Shown here in pieces: positions 35,866 through 45,884 of a stretch of DNA of 52,892 nt; positions within the stretch are counted from its first letter, which is position 1; each line of letters starts with the position of its first letter. The stretch is from a virus (Duplodnaviria > Caudoviricetes): positions 1 through 52,892 of IMG/VR virus record IMGVR_UViG_3300038797_000099; one strand, written 5' to 3'. The translations under genes were made by a program, and so were the position numbers. The notes under the pieces were generated by a model. The model made no database searches. It worked only from the letters and a program-made list of their open reading frames with translations, and was not told the DNA's origin.

Positions 35866-36281
35866 GCCACGCCATTATTGCTTCGATCTACGAGGCCAAG
35901 CTAATTGCCTGGAGCAAGGCCCGGTCGGAGTCGATCAAGGTTGTGTTCGAAAACGTCCAATACGACCCGGCCGACGGCGAAACCTATCTGCGGGCGTTCT
36001 TGCTGCCGGGCGATACCGCGAGCAGCACGCTCGCCGGCGACCACCGCGCATTCATCGGCGTCTACCAGGTCAGCATTGTGGCGCCGGCCGGCACCGGCAA
36101 GGCGAAGACCAACCCGCTTGTGGCGGAGCTGACCTTGCTGTTCCCGCTTTATGCGCGAGACACAAAGGCAGGCCTCACCGTAGTTACGATGTCGCCAGTT
36201 GATCCCGGCCCCGGGATACCTGATCCACCCACATACACTGTACCGGTGTCGTTCGAGTATCGAGCTGACATCGCCACTTGA
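35862..36281 (+). CDS. Tail terminator (DUF4128-like)
   Basis: FENV...YLR...GVYQVSIVAPAGTG. Confidence 0.82.
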   Translation: MSHAIIASIYEAKLIAWSKARSESIKVVFENVQYDPADGETYLRAFLLPGDTASSTLAGDHRAFIGVYQVSIVAPAGTGKAKTNPLVAELTLLFPLYARDTKAGLTVVTMSPVDPGPGIPDPPTYTVPVSFEYRADIAT

Positions 36282-36352
36282 ATACGCCCGTTGGGCATAC
36301 CCCGAAACCCGCCTCTTTGCGGGTTTTGTCATTTCTGAAAGAGGAAACACCC

Positions 36353-37009
36353 ATGGCCGGCATCCAAATGCCCAACGGCGCCACCTTCGAGATTGCTGCC
36401 ACTTACGGCCCGGCGATCCCATTCACTGCCTTGACGAACGCCAACCCAGCCGTCGCCACCGCAGCAGCGCATGGCCTGGCCGAGGGCGATGTTATCGCCG
36501 TCAACTCCGGCTGGACTCGCCTTGAAGGGCGGGGCGTACGAGTCGGCGAGATCGCCAGCGGCACTTTCGCGCTGGAAAACGTGAATACCGTGAACGTCCA
36601 GCAGTATCCGGCCGGCTCGGGCATTGGCTCAGTACGAGAGGTGACTGGTTTCACTGAGATCTCGCAGATCACCGAGCTGAACTCCAGCGGCGGCGATCAG
36701 CAGTTTCTGACCTTTGGATTCCTGGCCGACGATGATGATCGCCAGATGCCAACCACCAAAAATCCAATCACGCTGACCATCACCGTTGCCGATGATCCTT
36801 CCAAGCCCTACGTGGAAGTCTGCGAAGCTGCAGACGACGACAAGCAGGCGCGTTTGCTTCGACTCAACCTTCCTGGCGGCAGCAGCATCATCTACAACGG
36901 CTACGTGTCGATCACTTCGACGCCGACCATGTCCCGCAACAACCTGATGACCCGCGTGATCAGCATCGCGCTGACCGGTCGCCCAACTCGCTACGCGGCC
37001 AAGGTGTAA
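36353..37009 (+). CDS. Major tail tube protein
   Basis: PNGATF, NSGW.RL, SGGDQQF; GAGGA SD. Confidence 0.88.
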   Translation: MAGIQMPNGATFEIAATYGPAIPFTALTNANPAVATAAAHGLAEGDVIAVNSGWTRLEGRGVRVGEIASGTFALENVNTVNVQQYPAGSGIGSVREVTGFTEISQITELNSSGGDQQFLTFGFLADDDDRQMPTTKNPITLTITVADDPSKPYVEVCEAADDDKQARLLRLNLPGGSSIIYNGYVSITSTPTMSRNNLMTRVISIALTGRPTRYAAKV

Positions 37010-37012
37010 GCC

Positions 37013-37393
37013 ATGGCCAAATTCAAGTTGATCCAGAAGCCGACCTTCAAGGCATCGGTGATGATCCAGCGGGCCGGCTATAGCGCCGAAAAGGTGGAGT
37101 TCGAGTTCAAGTACTTGGACCGCACCGAGCTTGCGGACCTGTATACCGCCTGGAATGAGCGGCACGACGAATTGAGCAAGCAGGTCGGCGACATGGACCT
37201 CAAGGCGTTCACGGCTGCTCAAATTGATCTGCAGGTCGAACAGCTCCTGGCGGTGGTGGTCGGCTGGGATATCGAAGAGAAGTTCACACCTGAAAATGTG
37301 CGCATCCTCGTTAACTCGATCAACTCGGCCCCTAAGGCTGTGCTGAACGCCTACGCGGAAGCTTTCAGTGAAGCTCGCTTGGGAAACTCCTAA
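37013..37393 (+). CDS. Tail assembly chaperone G
   Basis: PTFKA.V, VVGWDIEE, ends RLGN. Confidence 0.88.
   Translation: MAKFKLIQKPTFKASVMIQRAGYSAEKVEFEFKYLDRTELADLYTAWNERHDELSKQVGDMDLKAFTAAQIDLQVEQLLAVVVGWDIEEKFTPENVRILVNSINSAPKAVLNAYAEAFSEARLGNS
37381..37387 (+). other. -1 programmed frameshift slippery site GGGAAAC
   Basis: X XXY YYZ; -1 frame (KLLSASRALYEPG) is continuous with downstream ORF. Confidence 0.85.
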
Positions 37394-37710
37394 GCGCCTC
37401 CCGCGCCTTGTACGAGCCGGGGCCATCGGATGCGGACTTGATGGCTTTCGGTTTGTCGCGTCAGGACATCCCCGACAAGGAAGTCGGCATCTGGCCTGAC
37501 AACTGGAACGCCTTCAAGGTCTTCGAGGCTATGAGCACCCAGTGGCGCACAGGCGCGTGCGGCGCAACAGGAATGGACTACAGCGTTCTATCCGGTGTGA
37601 TTCGGATGTGTGGCGTACCGATCAGCCAGCGACAAACCATTTTCAGCGACTTCCGGCGAATGGAGGCTGAAGCCTTGCAGGTGATGGCGGAACAGAGAGA
37701 TCAAAAATGA
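37384..37710 (+). CDS. Tail chaperone T portion (DUF1799-like), reached by frameshift
   Basis: WPDNW...MSTQWR...GMDY...MEAEAL. Confidence 0.85.
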   Translation, partial: KLLSASRALYEPGPSDADLMAFGLSRQDIPDKEVGIWPDNWNAFKVFEAMSTQWRTGACGATGMDYSVLSGVIRMCGVPISQRQTIFSDFRRMEAEALQVMAEQRDQK

Positions 37711-40700
37711 GCACCAACTTCGCTTCCCTGGGTATTGCGGTCGAGTCGTCGCAGGCTGCAAAGGCTGCTGATGATCTGGATAAGCTCGTCGATTCGGCAG
37801 AAGGCGCCCAGAAGGCCATTGATGACCTGGGCAAAACGGGCGAAGGCCTGGCCAACACCGGTAAAAGGGTTTCCCAGGCAGAAGCGGACGTTGCGCAAAG
37901 CATTGATAAATCGACGGCCGCGAGGGACCGTCAAGCCGGGGCAAGCCGCAAAGCGAGTGATAGCGCAGTAGCGGAAATCTCCGTCATCAGTCAACTCGAC
38001 AAGGCGATGACGGGCAATATCTCGAGCATGGAATCGCTGGTTCAGGCCGAGGGTTTGCTGGAGCGCGCACGCAAGGGCGGCTTGGTCACCATCGAGGAGC
38101 AGGCCAAGTACCAGGATCAACTGGGTAGGGCCTACGACAAGATTGAAAAGGCGGAAGCCAAAGAGCTGGCCCAGAAGCAAAAGCTGATTGAGGCTGAGAA
38201 TCGCCAGATTGAGGCGCTGAAGCGCACCGTCAACGGTATTGATCCAGTGACCGCCAAGTTGGCGAAGCTGGAGGCTCAGGAGAAGGCGCTAAACGACCTG
38301 CACAAGGCTGGGCAGGTCGGTGCCGAGCGCTATAACGAAGCCTTGGCCAAGATCGGCAAGGACCGAGCGGGCCTGACTGAAGCCGCGGGCGCATTCGACA
38401 AGCTAAAGCTCGGCACGCGCCAAGCTCAAGAAAACGTCATGCAGCTCGCCAACGCCATTCAGGCAGGCGATCTGGGCAGTGGTGCGCGCGCAATCGCTCA
38501 ACTGGGCGCTGGCGCCGGTGAATCAGCGAAAAGTCTCGCAGGGATGTTGATCCCGGCTGGCCTTTTGGTCGCTGTAATCGGCAGTCTGGGGTACGCGTAC
38601 TTCGATGCAATGAAACAGGCGCGCGAGTTCAATGCCGCTATCAATGGCGGTACGAACGGCGCGGGTCAGACCATCGCCAGCCTGAAGGACATGGCCGACG
38701 GCGCTGGGCGCGTCACCGGCAATCTGTCCGGCGCCCGCGAGGCAGTTATTTCGCTTGCATCCGGAGCAGCTACCAGCGGCACGCAAATGCGTAATCTGGC
38801 TGAAGCCGCAGCGGCCGTAAGTGAAATAACTGGCCAAGGCGCTGCCGAACTCGCCAAGTCTTTCGCCACCGCTGGCGACACGGCAACAGAAGCCGCAGGC
38901 AAGATCAGCAGTCAGTATGGGTTGCTGACTCTTGAGCAGTATCAGGTTATCAAAGCACTTGATGATCAGGGCGAGAGCCAGCGTGCGCTTGATGTTCTCA
39001 GCGAAGATGTGAATCAGGCCGCACTTAAGCGATTGGAGGCCTATCGCGCGTCCCTATCAGATGTTGAGCGCGACTGGGACAAAATCAAATCAGCCATCAA
39101 AGGCGCGTACGCCGAGGTCCGTTCGGAAATATTCCCGGACTTGGCCAAGCAGATCGAGATCACTCAGCGCATTCTGGATACGCGCAAGAGTGGCGGAGTA
39201 GCGGGTGCAATCTCCAACGGTCTCAGCTCTCTCAACACGGCACTGGGCCTGGGTAATGACGAGCATGACGATTCCACCGAAGCTTTGGAGAAGAAACTCG
39301 CCGGCCTCAAAGCCCGGCAGACCGCCAGCACCAATTTGGCAATCGCCACCGGTGAAAATAATGATGCCAACCAGAAAGCCATCGAGGTTCAGAAAGCGCT
39401 TGATGCGCAGCTCGATGACATTAATCCGCTAAATAAGCGCAAGGCCGCGCTGGATAAGCTCAACCAGCAGTTCAAAACCCTGTACGAAAATGCGGAGAAA
39501 ACAGGACAGAAGTCGCCCTTGCTTGATGGCGTATTTTACGACGGCAGCAAGTTCTCTGGCGGCGCCTACGACACGCTGAAGAAAGGGCTTGAAGATAAGA
39601 ACAAAGATCCGAAATCGGCAGCGTCTCAGGTCGACCTGACAGGCTTCAATGATGCCAAAAACGCTTTGGCCGCCATCAGCGCTGACTATAAAAACGCTCA
39701 GAAGGAACTGGAGGCAGCGCAGAAGGCCGGGCTTGTTTCTCAGGCTGACTATGCCCTGAAGCGCGAAGCGTTGATCGGCAACGAGCGTGACGAAGTGAGC
39801 AGCGCGTACGAGGCTGAGATTGCTGCGCTGGAAGCTGCAAAGGCGAAAAAGACCACGACCGCGGCGCAAAGCATCCAGCTCGACCAAAAGATCGCTGACG
39901 CGCGCGCCGGCATGGTCAAGGCGCAAAAAGACGCTGACAGCCAGTTGGAAGTGCTGCGCCTCAATGAAGAGGAAAGGGTCAAGAAGCAGACCTTCACGAT
40001 GGACCAATATGTCCAAGCGCTGAATCAGCAGCAGCGGGCGCTGGAGCTCGCAGGGAAGCGTGCGGTCCTAGGTGTTGGTCAAGGCGATCGTCAGAATGCG
40101 CTTAATGGCGAGCTGAACAGCCAGCAGGATCGGTTCGCACTGCAAACATTGGAATTGGCTTACCAGAAGTCCGACCCATCACGGAAGATGTCCGAAGAGG
40201 AGTTCGCACGCAAATCGCAGGCGCTCGCAGATGCGAACAAGGCTGCGACCGATCAGATCCGGCAAAACTACGCCGATGTGGAGAAAGCTCAAGGGGACTG
40301 GACCAAGGGTGCAACGTCCGCCTGGGCCAATTACCTGAACTCGGCGAGCAATATCGCCGGCCAGACGAAAACCCTGTTCGGTAACGCGTTCAGCTCGATG
40401 GAAGATGCGGTCGTCAACTTCGCCATGACCGGCAAGCTTTCGTTTGCGGATTTCACCAAGTCGATCTTGGCGGATATGGCTCGGATCGCGACCCGTCAGG
40501 CCAGTTCGGCGTTGCTGAGCAGTCTCGTTGGTGCGGCTACCAGCTACTTCACTGGCGGTGGGGGCGGCAATGGACTGGCGGCTGGGTCTGCGGGTGCGAC
40601 GTCGTCGAATCTGGGGGCGTCTTCGGCAGGCTATTCCGGCAGCTACTTTCCACAGGCGCTCGGCGGAGCATGGGCAAACGGCTTGCAGATGTTCGCCAAT

Positions 40701-41060
40701 GGCGCCGCGTTCACCAACTCCGTGGTCAGCAAGCCGACAGCGTTCGGCATGGCAGGCGGGCAGACCGGCGTCATGGGCGAGGCAGGGCCAGAGGCAATCA
40801 TGCCACTGACCCGCACCGCCGGCGGCCAACTGGGGGTGCGCGCAATCAGCGGCGGCGGAAGTGGTGGCGGCAACGTTTACAACTTCCCCGTCGCGGTGTC
40901 GGTACAAACCCAGGGAAGTGGCGGCGCGGCCAGCACGGAAGACACCTCGCAGCTTGGCAAGGGCATTCAGCAGGCGGCGAAAGTCGAGGCTGAAACAGCA
41001 ATCGCCCGAGCGCTGCAACCAGGCGGCTCAATCTGGAAACTCACGAACGGGAGGGGCTGA
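37707..41060 (+). CDS. Tape measure protein
   Basis: 1117 aa Ala-rich; C-terminal GEAGPEAIMPL. Confidence 0.95.
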   Translation: MSTNFASLGIAVESSQAAKAADDLDKLVDSAEGAQKAIDDLGKTGEGLANTGKRVSQAEADVAQSIDKSTAARDRQAGASRKASDSAVAEISVISQLDKAMTGNISSMESLVQAEGLLERARKGGLVTIEEQAKYQDQLGRAYDKIEKAEAKELAQKQKLIEAENRQIEALKRTVNGIDPVTAKLAKLEAQEKALNDLHKAGQVGAERYNEALAKIGKDRAGLTEAAGAFDKLKLGTRQAQENVMQLANAIQAGDLGSGARAIAQLGAGAGESAKSLAGMLIPAGLLVAVIGSLGYAYFDAMKQAREFNAAINGGTNGAGQTIASLKDMADGAGRVTGNLSGAREAVISLASGAATSGTQMRNLAEAAAAVSEITGQGAAELAKSFATAGDTATEAAGKISSQYGLLTLEQYQVIKALDDQGESQRALDVLSEDVNQAALKRLEAYRASLSDVERDWDKIKSAIKGAYAEVRSEIFPDLAKQIEITQRILDTRKSGGVAGAISNGLSSLNTALGLGNDEHDDSTEALEKKLAGLKARQTASTNLAIATGENNDANQKAIEVQKALDAQLDDINPLNKRKAALDKLNQQFKTLYENAEKTGQKSPLLDGVFYDGSKFSGGAYDTLKKGLEDKNKDPKSAASQVDLTGFNDAKNALAAISADYKNAQKELEAAQKAGLVSQADYALKREALIGNERDEVSSAYEAEIAALEAAKAKKTTTAAQSIQLDQKIADARAGMVKAQKDADSQLEVLRLNEEERVKKQTFTMDQYVQALNQQQRALELAGKRAVLGVGQGDRQNALNGELNSQQDRFALQTLELAYQKSDPSRKMSEEEFARKSQALADANKAATDQIRQNYADVEKAQGDWTKGATSAWANYLNSASNIAGQTKTLFGNAFSSMEDAVVNFAMTGKLSFADFTKSILADMARIATRQASSALLSSLVGAATSYFTGGGGGNGLAAGSAGATSSNLGASSAGYSGSYFPQALGGAWANGLQMFANGAAFTNSVVSKPTAFGMAGGQTGVMGEAGPEAIMPLTRTAGGQLGVRAISGGGSGGGNVYNFPVAVSVQTQGSGGAASTEDTSQLGKGIQQAAKVEAETAIARALQPGGSIWKLTNGRG

Positions 41061-41398
41061 TGGCCATCGAGAAGTTCACCTGGCCGACCCAGCACGGCGA
41101 CTCACCCGAGATTTCCTATCGGGTGCGCACCTCGCGGTTCGGTGACGGCTACAAGCAGGAAGTAGGCGACGGGCCGAACAACAAGGAAGACGCCTACCCG
41201 ATCACCTACAGCGGCCCGCAAGCCAAGGTGCTGGAGATCATGTCGTTCCTTGATCGGCACGCCGGCGCGAAAGCCTTCCTTTGGACCACACCCTTGGGCC
41301 AGCTTGGCCTGTTCAACTGCAAGAACCCCGTGCCCACTCCGGTGGGCGGCGGCGTTTTCAAACTCACCGCCACGTTCGAGCGGGCATTTCATCCATAA
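41060..41398 (+). CDS. Minor tail protein M
   Basis: FGDGYKQ, FLDRHAGAKAFLWT. Confidence 0.9.
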   Translation: MAIEKFTWPTQHGDSPEISYRVRTSRFGDGYKQEVGDGPNNKEDAYPITYSGPQAKVLEIMSFLDRHAGAKAFLWTTPLGQLGLFNCKNPVPTPVGGGVFKLTATFERAFHP

Positions 41399-41407
41399 GG
41401 GGCAACC

Positions 41408-42157
41408 ATGCCGCTGATCAGTGACATCCAGGTGCTTGAACCTGGCAGCGAAGTGCTGCTCTTTGAATTGGACGGCACGGACTATGGCGCGGACGTTCTG
41501 CGCTTCCACGGGCACGCGATACCGCACACGGCGGCAGAGTTGATTGCGGCCGGAGACAATGCTGACCAACTGCCGGCGAAGGCGATCTACTGGCAGGGCA
41601 ACGAGTACAGCGCCTGGCCGATGCAGATCGACGGTATCGAGGCGAACGGCGACGGCACGGCGGTTCGGCCGACATTGTCCGTCGGCAACGTCAACGGGCG
41701 CATCACTGCGCTCTGTCTGGCATTCGAGGATCTGCTCGAGTTCAAGCTGACGATGCGCCACACGCTCGGCAGCTACCTCGATGCCGCGAACTTCCCGGCC
41801 GGCAACCCAACGGCCGACCCTACCCAAGAGACGATCGAGGTCTGGTACATCGACCAGAAAACGAACGAGGACGGCGAGAACGTCAGTTGGGAGTTGGCCA
41901 GCCCGGGCGATGTCGGTAATGAATCGATCGGGCGGCAGGCCACAACCCTTTGCCATTGGTGCCTCACCGGCGGATATCGCGGGCCGAACTGCGGCTACAC
42001 CGGCCCATACGTCACGAAGGACGGCGTGATCACCGATAACCCTGAGCTAGACCAATGCGATGCCACGCTGGGCAAGGGCTGCATTCCGCGCTTCGGCGAG
42101 GGCAACCCGCTGCCGTTCGGTGGCTTCCCGGCCGTTTCCCTGATCGCACGGAGCTGA
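41408..42157 (+). CDS. Minor tail protein L
   Basis: CHW...YRGPNCGY...C...C..RFG...FGGFP. Confidence 0.92.
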   Translation: MPLISDIQVLEPGSEVLLFELDGTDYGADVLRFHGHAIPHTAAELIAAGDNADQLPAKAIYWQGNEYSAWPMQIDGIEANGDGTAVRPTLSVGNVNGRITALCLAFEDLLEFKLTMRHTLGSYLDAANFPAGNPTADPTQETIEVWYIDQKTNEDGENVSWELASPGDVGNESIGRQATTLCHWCLTGGYRGPNCGYTGPYVTKDGVITDNPELDQCDATLGKGCIPRFGEGNPLPFGGFPAVSLIARS

Positions 42158-42158
42158 C

Positions 42159-42923
42159 ATGCGAAAGCACATCTTGAACGCGATCCAGGCGCACGCGGCC
42201 GCCGAGTACCCGAAAGAGTGCTGCGGGCTCCTGCTGGCGATTGGGCGCAAGCAGCAATACTTCCCCTGCATCAATGTCTCGACCGAGCCGAACGAAGAAT
42301 TCCGAATCGATCCTGAGCACTATGCTGCAGGCGAGGACATCGGTGAGGTGATCGGCGTGGTGCATTCGCATCCGGACGCCACCAGCAGGCCTTCACCGCG
42401 CGACCTCGCCATGTGCGAAGCGACGGCGCTGCCCTGGCACATCCTGAGCTGGCCGGAAGGCGATCTGCGGACTGTCGTTCCCACCGGTGAAGTGCCGCTG
42501 CTGAAACGACCGTTCGTGCACGGGGCCTGGGACTGCTGGCAGGTCTGCGCCGATTGGTACAAGCGCGAGTGGGGCTTGGAGTTCGAGCCCTTCAAGCGCG
42601 CCGATGGCTGGTGGGAAAGCAATGAAAACACCAGCCTGTACGAAGCGAACTACGAGGCCGCGGGCTTCTACCGCGTCGACCAGCCGCAGCGTGGCGACAT
42701 GATCGTGATGGAAGTGGGGCGCACCGTTTACCCGAACCACGCCGGGATATTCCTCGGCACCGAGCCGGCGCTGCCGGGTGAGGATGGCGCCACGTTCGGC
42801 CCCGGCCCGTTCCTGCTGCACCACCTGTATGGCAGGCCATCAGAGGTCATTGTCTTCGGCGGGCCGTGGCTAGACCGCACACGCTTGATTCTTAGGCACA
42901 AAGACGCACAAACGACCACATGA
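42159..42923 (+). CDS. Tail assembly protein K (JAB + NlpC/P60)
   Basis: ECCG, HSHPD, DCW, NHAGI. Confidence 0.92.
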   Translation: MRKHILNAIQAHAAAEYPKECCGLLLAIGRKQQYFPCINVSTEPNEEFRIDPEHYAAGEDIGEVIGVVHSHPDATSRPSPRDLAMCEATALPWHILSWPEGDLRTVVPTGEVPLLKRPFVHGAWDCWQVCADWYKREWGLEFEPFKRADGWWESNENTSLYEANYEAAGFYRVDQPQRGDMIVMEVGRTVYPNHAGIFLGTEPALPGEDGATFGPGPFLLHHLYGRPSEVIVFGGPWLDRTRLILRHKDAQTTT

Positions 42924-42948
42924 AGCGGCAAGGCCGCAGGAGAGATTT

Positions 42949-43155
42949 ATGAATCAGCCTTTTGCATTCGATGAAGAAGGGCGAACTTACATTAACGAAT
43001 CAGAAATCCTGAAAGGCCAGATGATCGTTTCGGCTGCCGGCATTTCTTTACCGGAGGACTTTGCGACAAAGGCGCAAGAGAAAGCCGACCTGCTGGAGCG
43101 TCGGCTTTCACGGCTGGAACAAGCCTTGGGACTTGAGCCTATTTGTGCCCGGTGA
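42949..43155 (+). CDS. Small hypothetical protein
   Basis: AGGAG SD; QPFAFDEEGRTYIN. Confidence 0.55.
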   Translation: MNQPFAFDEEGRTYINESEILKGQMIVSAAGISLPEDFATKAQEKADLLERRLSRLEQALGLEPICAR

Positions 43156-43384
43156 AAAAATCCGAGATCGTCTTTGCATTAGGTCTGACCGGGCCGTTTT
43201 TCGGCATGCCCTCTGCAACCTGCAAAGCAAATACTCGCGCGGCCTCAATGCCGTCTTTTCCGGCGACGGATGCTAGCTGGCTTGCCAGTCCGGCAATCAC
43301 GCAATTCAAGTTTTGTAGATCGGAGCCATGAGCGTTCACAGCATCGATAAGTTGCTTGTTCAGGGCCTTCTGTTCTTCATCCAT
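43139..43384 (-). CDS. Hypothetical moron
   Basis: GGAGG SD, ATG 43384 (MDEEQKAL). Confidence 0.6.
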   Translation of the reverse strand: MDEEQKALNKQLIDAVNAHGSDLQNLNCVIAGLASQLASVAGKDGIEAARVFALQVAEGMPKNGPVRPNAKTISDFFTGHK

Positions 43385-43475
43385 GTGGATTGACCTCCAG
43401 GTCATAAACGCGCCGAATTTGGCGCAATCCCAGTCCTTGGGCTTGCAGGCAAAGGACCAGCTTATTCGTCGGCAA

Positions 43476-44012
43476 TCAGCATTGCTTAACATGCTTCCAC
43501 TTAGTTGCCGCTTTCTTTGCGATCCTGATTTGTTCTTGGCGCGCTTCACGATCTTTTGCGCGCCTTGGCGATTGAAATCTGGATGGGATCCTTCTCGTGA
43601 TGCAATGCCCAAAGCGGCTGGTTTCTTGAAGCAGTGTTTCAACGAATGCTTTTTGTAGTAACCACCACACTTCGAATCCGAGCGGAGGAAGCATGTAGAT
43701 AAACAGATAAACAATTTTGACCGGGGTAACTTCGCCTTGTGCGAGAATCAGCATAATGCCCAACGACAGAAAAGCCGAAAGCATGAAAGCCCCGAATAGC
43801 GCGCTTTCCTTCTGAATCTGGCGCTGTACAGCGTAGGGGTTGACCCGAATAGCTTTCACTTTTTTTAACTCTTTGCACCGAGAGCGCCTAAGGACTTTGC
43901 CTGCAGCGTGCTGTATCGGAACGAAGGCTTTTTTGAAACCCCAAAAGGCCAAAGCGACCAAAACAGGAATATACAAATCCTTAAAGCTCGGCAAATCAGT
44001 AGCGAGTTCCAT
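43476..44012 (-). CDS. Multi-TM hypothetical moron
   Basis: About three TM segments, basic C-terminus; AAGGA SD. Confidence 0.65.
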   Translation of the reverse strand: MELATDLPSFKDLYIPVLVALAFWGFKKAFVPIQHAAGKVLRRSRCKELKKVKAIRVNPYAVQRQIQKESALFGAFMLSAFLSLGIMLILAQGEVTPVKIVYLFIYMLPPLGFEVWWLLQKAFVETLLQETSRFGHCITRRIPSRFQSPRRAKDREARQEQIRIAKKAATKWKHVKQC

Positions 44013-44162
44013 CCCAGTCCTTAAGAAAAATTCGAGGCACAACGCTACTACGTCTGGATCCAATTCATCCACTGGGCTTTCATCCACACTGGATGGGCGA
44101 ACAGCTTGGCGTAAATTCTAATCGGTCTATGATGGCTTTTCGCTTTCTCAAGGAATTGAGCC

Positions 44163-44444
44163 ATGGCCTTTCGCATCCGGAAAAGTTTTAAAATCGCCCC
44201 AGGCATTCGTCTCAATGTCAGCAAGAGTGGCCTTAGCACATCAATAGGCGGAAAGGGTGCGACGGTGAATCTGAGCAAGCGTGGGGCGAAGGTAACGAGC
44301 AGCCTTCCGGGAACGGGGCTTTCTTCATCCAAGCTGTTTGGCGGAGCGAAGAGTGACGTTACTAAAGCCGCACCTACACCTATGTGGGCACACATTGTCA
44401 CATGGCTGATAATCGCCGCTGTTCTCTGGGCAATCTTTAGATAA
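44163..44444 (+). CDS. DUF4236 protein with C-terminal TM
   Basis: MAFRIRKSFKIAPGIRLNVSKSG...LPGTGLS; terminator at 44448-44473. Confidence 0.85.
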   Translation: MAFRIRKSFKIAPGIRLNVSKSGLSTSIGGKGATVNLSKRGAKVTSSLPGTGLSSSKLFGGAKSDVTKAAPTPMWAHIVTWLIIAAVLWAIFR

Positions 44445-44539
44445 GCAAAGCCCAACTCATTGCTGGGCTTTTTCATGTCCGTCAGCCCCGCCTGCATTCT
44501 TTTCCCGCAGGCATGGACGCGGGATGCGCGCCCTTCGAC

Positions 44540-44815
44540 TCAGCGAGATTCTTCGATCTCAGCTCGGCCATTTGCTTGGGCAAACATCTCGAGAAGCATC
44601 TGGTCATGCGCCTTCTGAGTAACTGAGTACACCATGCACCGGTCGAGTAGGATTGTTTTCATGCTGCGAGCTGAGGCCAAGTGCCTGGGCTCGACGGAAA
44701 TTGCCGCCGTCCTGCCGCTCCGTGTATCGGTGGCTTCCAAGGAGTACAGGCCAATTAAGCCGTCGTCCCGTTGGGTTTGGCCTAGGCATTTGAGAATGAG
44801 TGTCGATTCTGACAT
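44540..44815 (-). CDS. Hypothetical moron
   Basis: ATG 44815 (MSESTLIL). Confidence 0.55.
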   Translation of the reverse strand: MSESTLILKCLGQTQRDDGLIGLYSLEATDTRSGRTAAISVEPRHLASARSMKTILLDRCMVYSVTQKAHDQMLLEMFAQANGRAEIEESR

Positions 44816-44829
44816 GCGGTATCCAATGG

Positions 44830-45306
44830 CTATAATTTGTTCAGAAGATCGGCAAAGGCCCAAAGCATGGTGCCTACCGAGGCCACGATGAATTCATGCT
44901 TTTGAATTTTCTTGGATATGACGCTGCGAATAACTTCGTTAGCGAAAATTAGCCGACGCGCATGCTCTTTTTCTGAAATTTCGTTGATGTGCATTTCGCT
45001 TGTTTCGCTGGTTACCCCATACAAATGGGCGCGCCTTTTTACCTGCATCAACACAATTTCGGCTGTGACACCTTCGGCAATGCCTATTATTTTTTTGACG
45101 TACCGTTCAAGAATACCCGTTACCTCGAATATCATCGCCATGCAAACGAGGAAGGCTCCGAACCTCGCCAGCCACATCCAATCTCGCATCCAGAAGCTTA
45201 TTCCGATTCCAAATGCAAGGACGATAGTCACGAGCAGATATGCTGCCGCTAGATAACGCTTTGGAATGTTGAATCCTTTACCCGCCACCTTATCAATGTC
45301 TTTCAT
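44830..45306 (-). CDS. Multi-TM hypothetical moron
   Basis: AT-rich; TM helices; ends GTMLWAFADL. Confidence 0.65.
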   Translation of the reverse strand: MKDIDKVAGKGFNIPKRYLAAAYLLVTIVLAFGIGISFWMRDWMWLARFGAFLVCMAMIFEVTGILERYVKKIIGIAEGVTAEIVLMQVKRRAHLYGVTSETSEMHINEISEKEHARRLIFANEVIRSVISKKIQKHEFIVASVGTMLWAFADLLNKL

Positions 45307-45419
45307 TATTTCCGGCGAACCTCGCATCCGTTCTGGTGAGATGGGACTCTAGCGAACCAGTTGGTTCGCTTCTTCTAGTCCGATGATATCTTGCACCATT
45401 TCCCACAGGAGTGACCTGC

Positions 45420-45842
45420 ATGAAATTGATCGTAGGAGCGCTGGCGGTAGCGCTGTTGGCGGGGTGTGCGACTTCGCCGACGCCTTCCAATGAAGCCAAG
45501 CAGGCGCCGGCCAGTCAGTTGTCGGCCTACCAGTCCAAGCCATCAGGGGCATATGGGACACTGCAAGTGATCCGCGACTCTGGGCAGACCGGAAGCCTTT
45601 GTTCAATGGCCGTTTTTATCGATGGCAAACAAGCTGCCAAGCTCGACCCGGGTCAGAAGGCATCTTTCTATCTGCCGCCTGATTCAGTTTCAGTTGGCGC
45701 CGCTTACACGGGCTCTGGCATCTGCTCTATGGGTGCAGCCCGAGTGGAGCGGGAAGCGATCGTGAAAGACGGCGCGGTCAAGAAATACCGAGTTTTCACC
45801 GGGGGCGATGGGCAGATCGACATACTGCCCACGACTCTCTGA
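45420..45842 (+). CDS. Outer-membrane lipoprotein moron
   Basis: MKLIVGALAVALLAGC lipobox; AGGAG SD; terminator at 45848-45868. Confidence 0.8.
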   Translation: MKLIVGALAVALLAGCATSPTPSNEAKQAPASQLSAYQSKPSGAYGTLQVIRDSGQTGSLCSMAVFIDGKQAAKLDPGQKASFYLPPDSVSVGAAYTGSGICSMGAARVEREAIVKDGAVKKYRVFTGGDGQIDILPTTL

Positions 45843-45884
45843 ACAGACCGCCTCCGGGCGGTTTTTTATTGCCTGGAGAATGGC

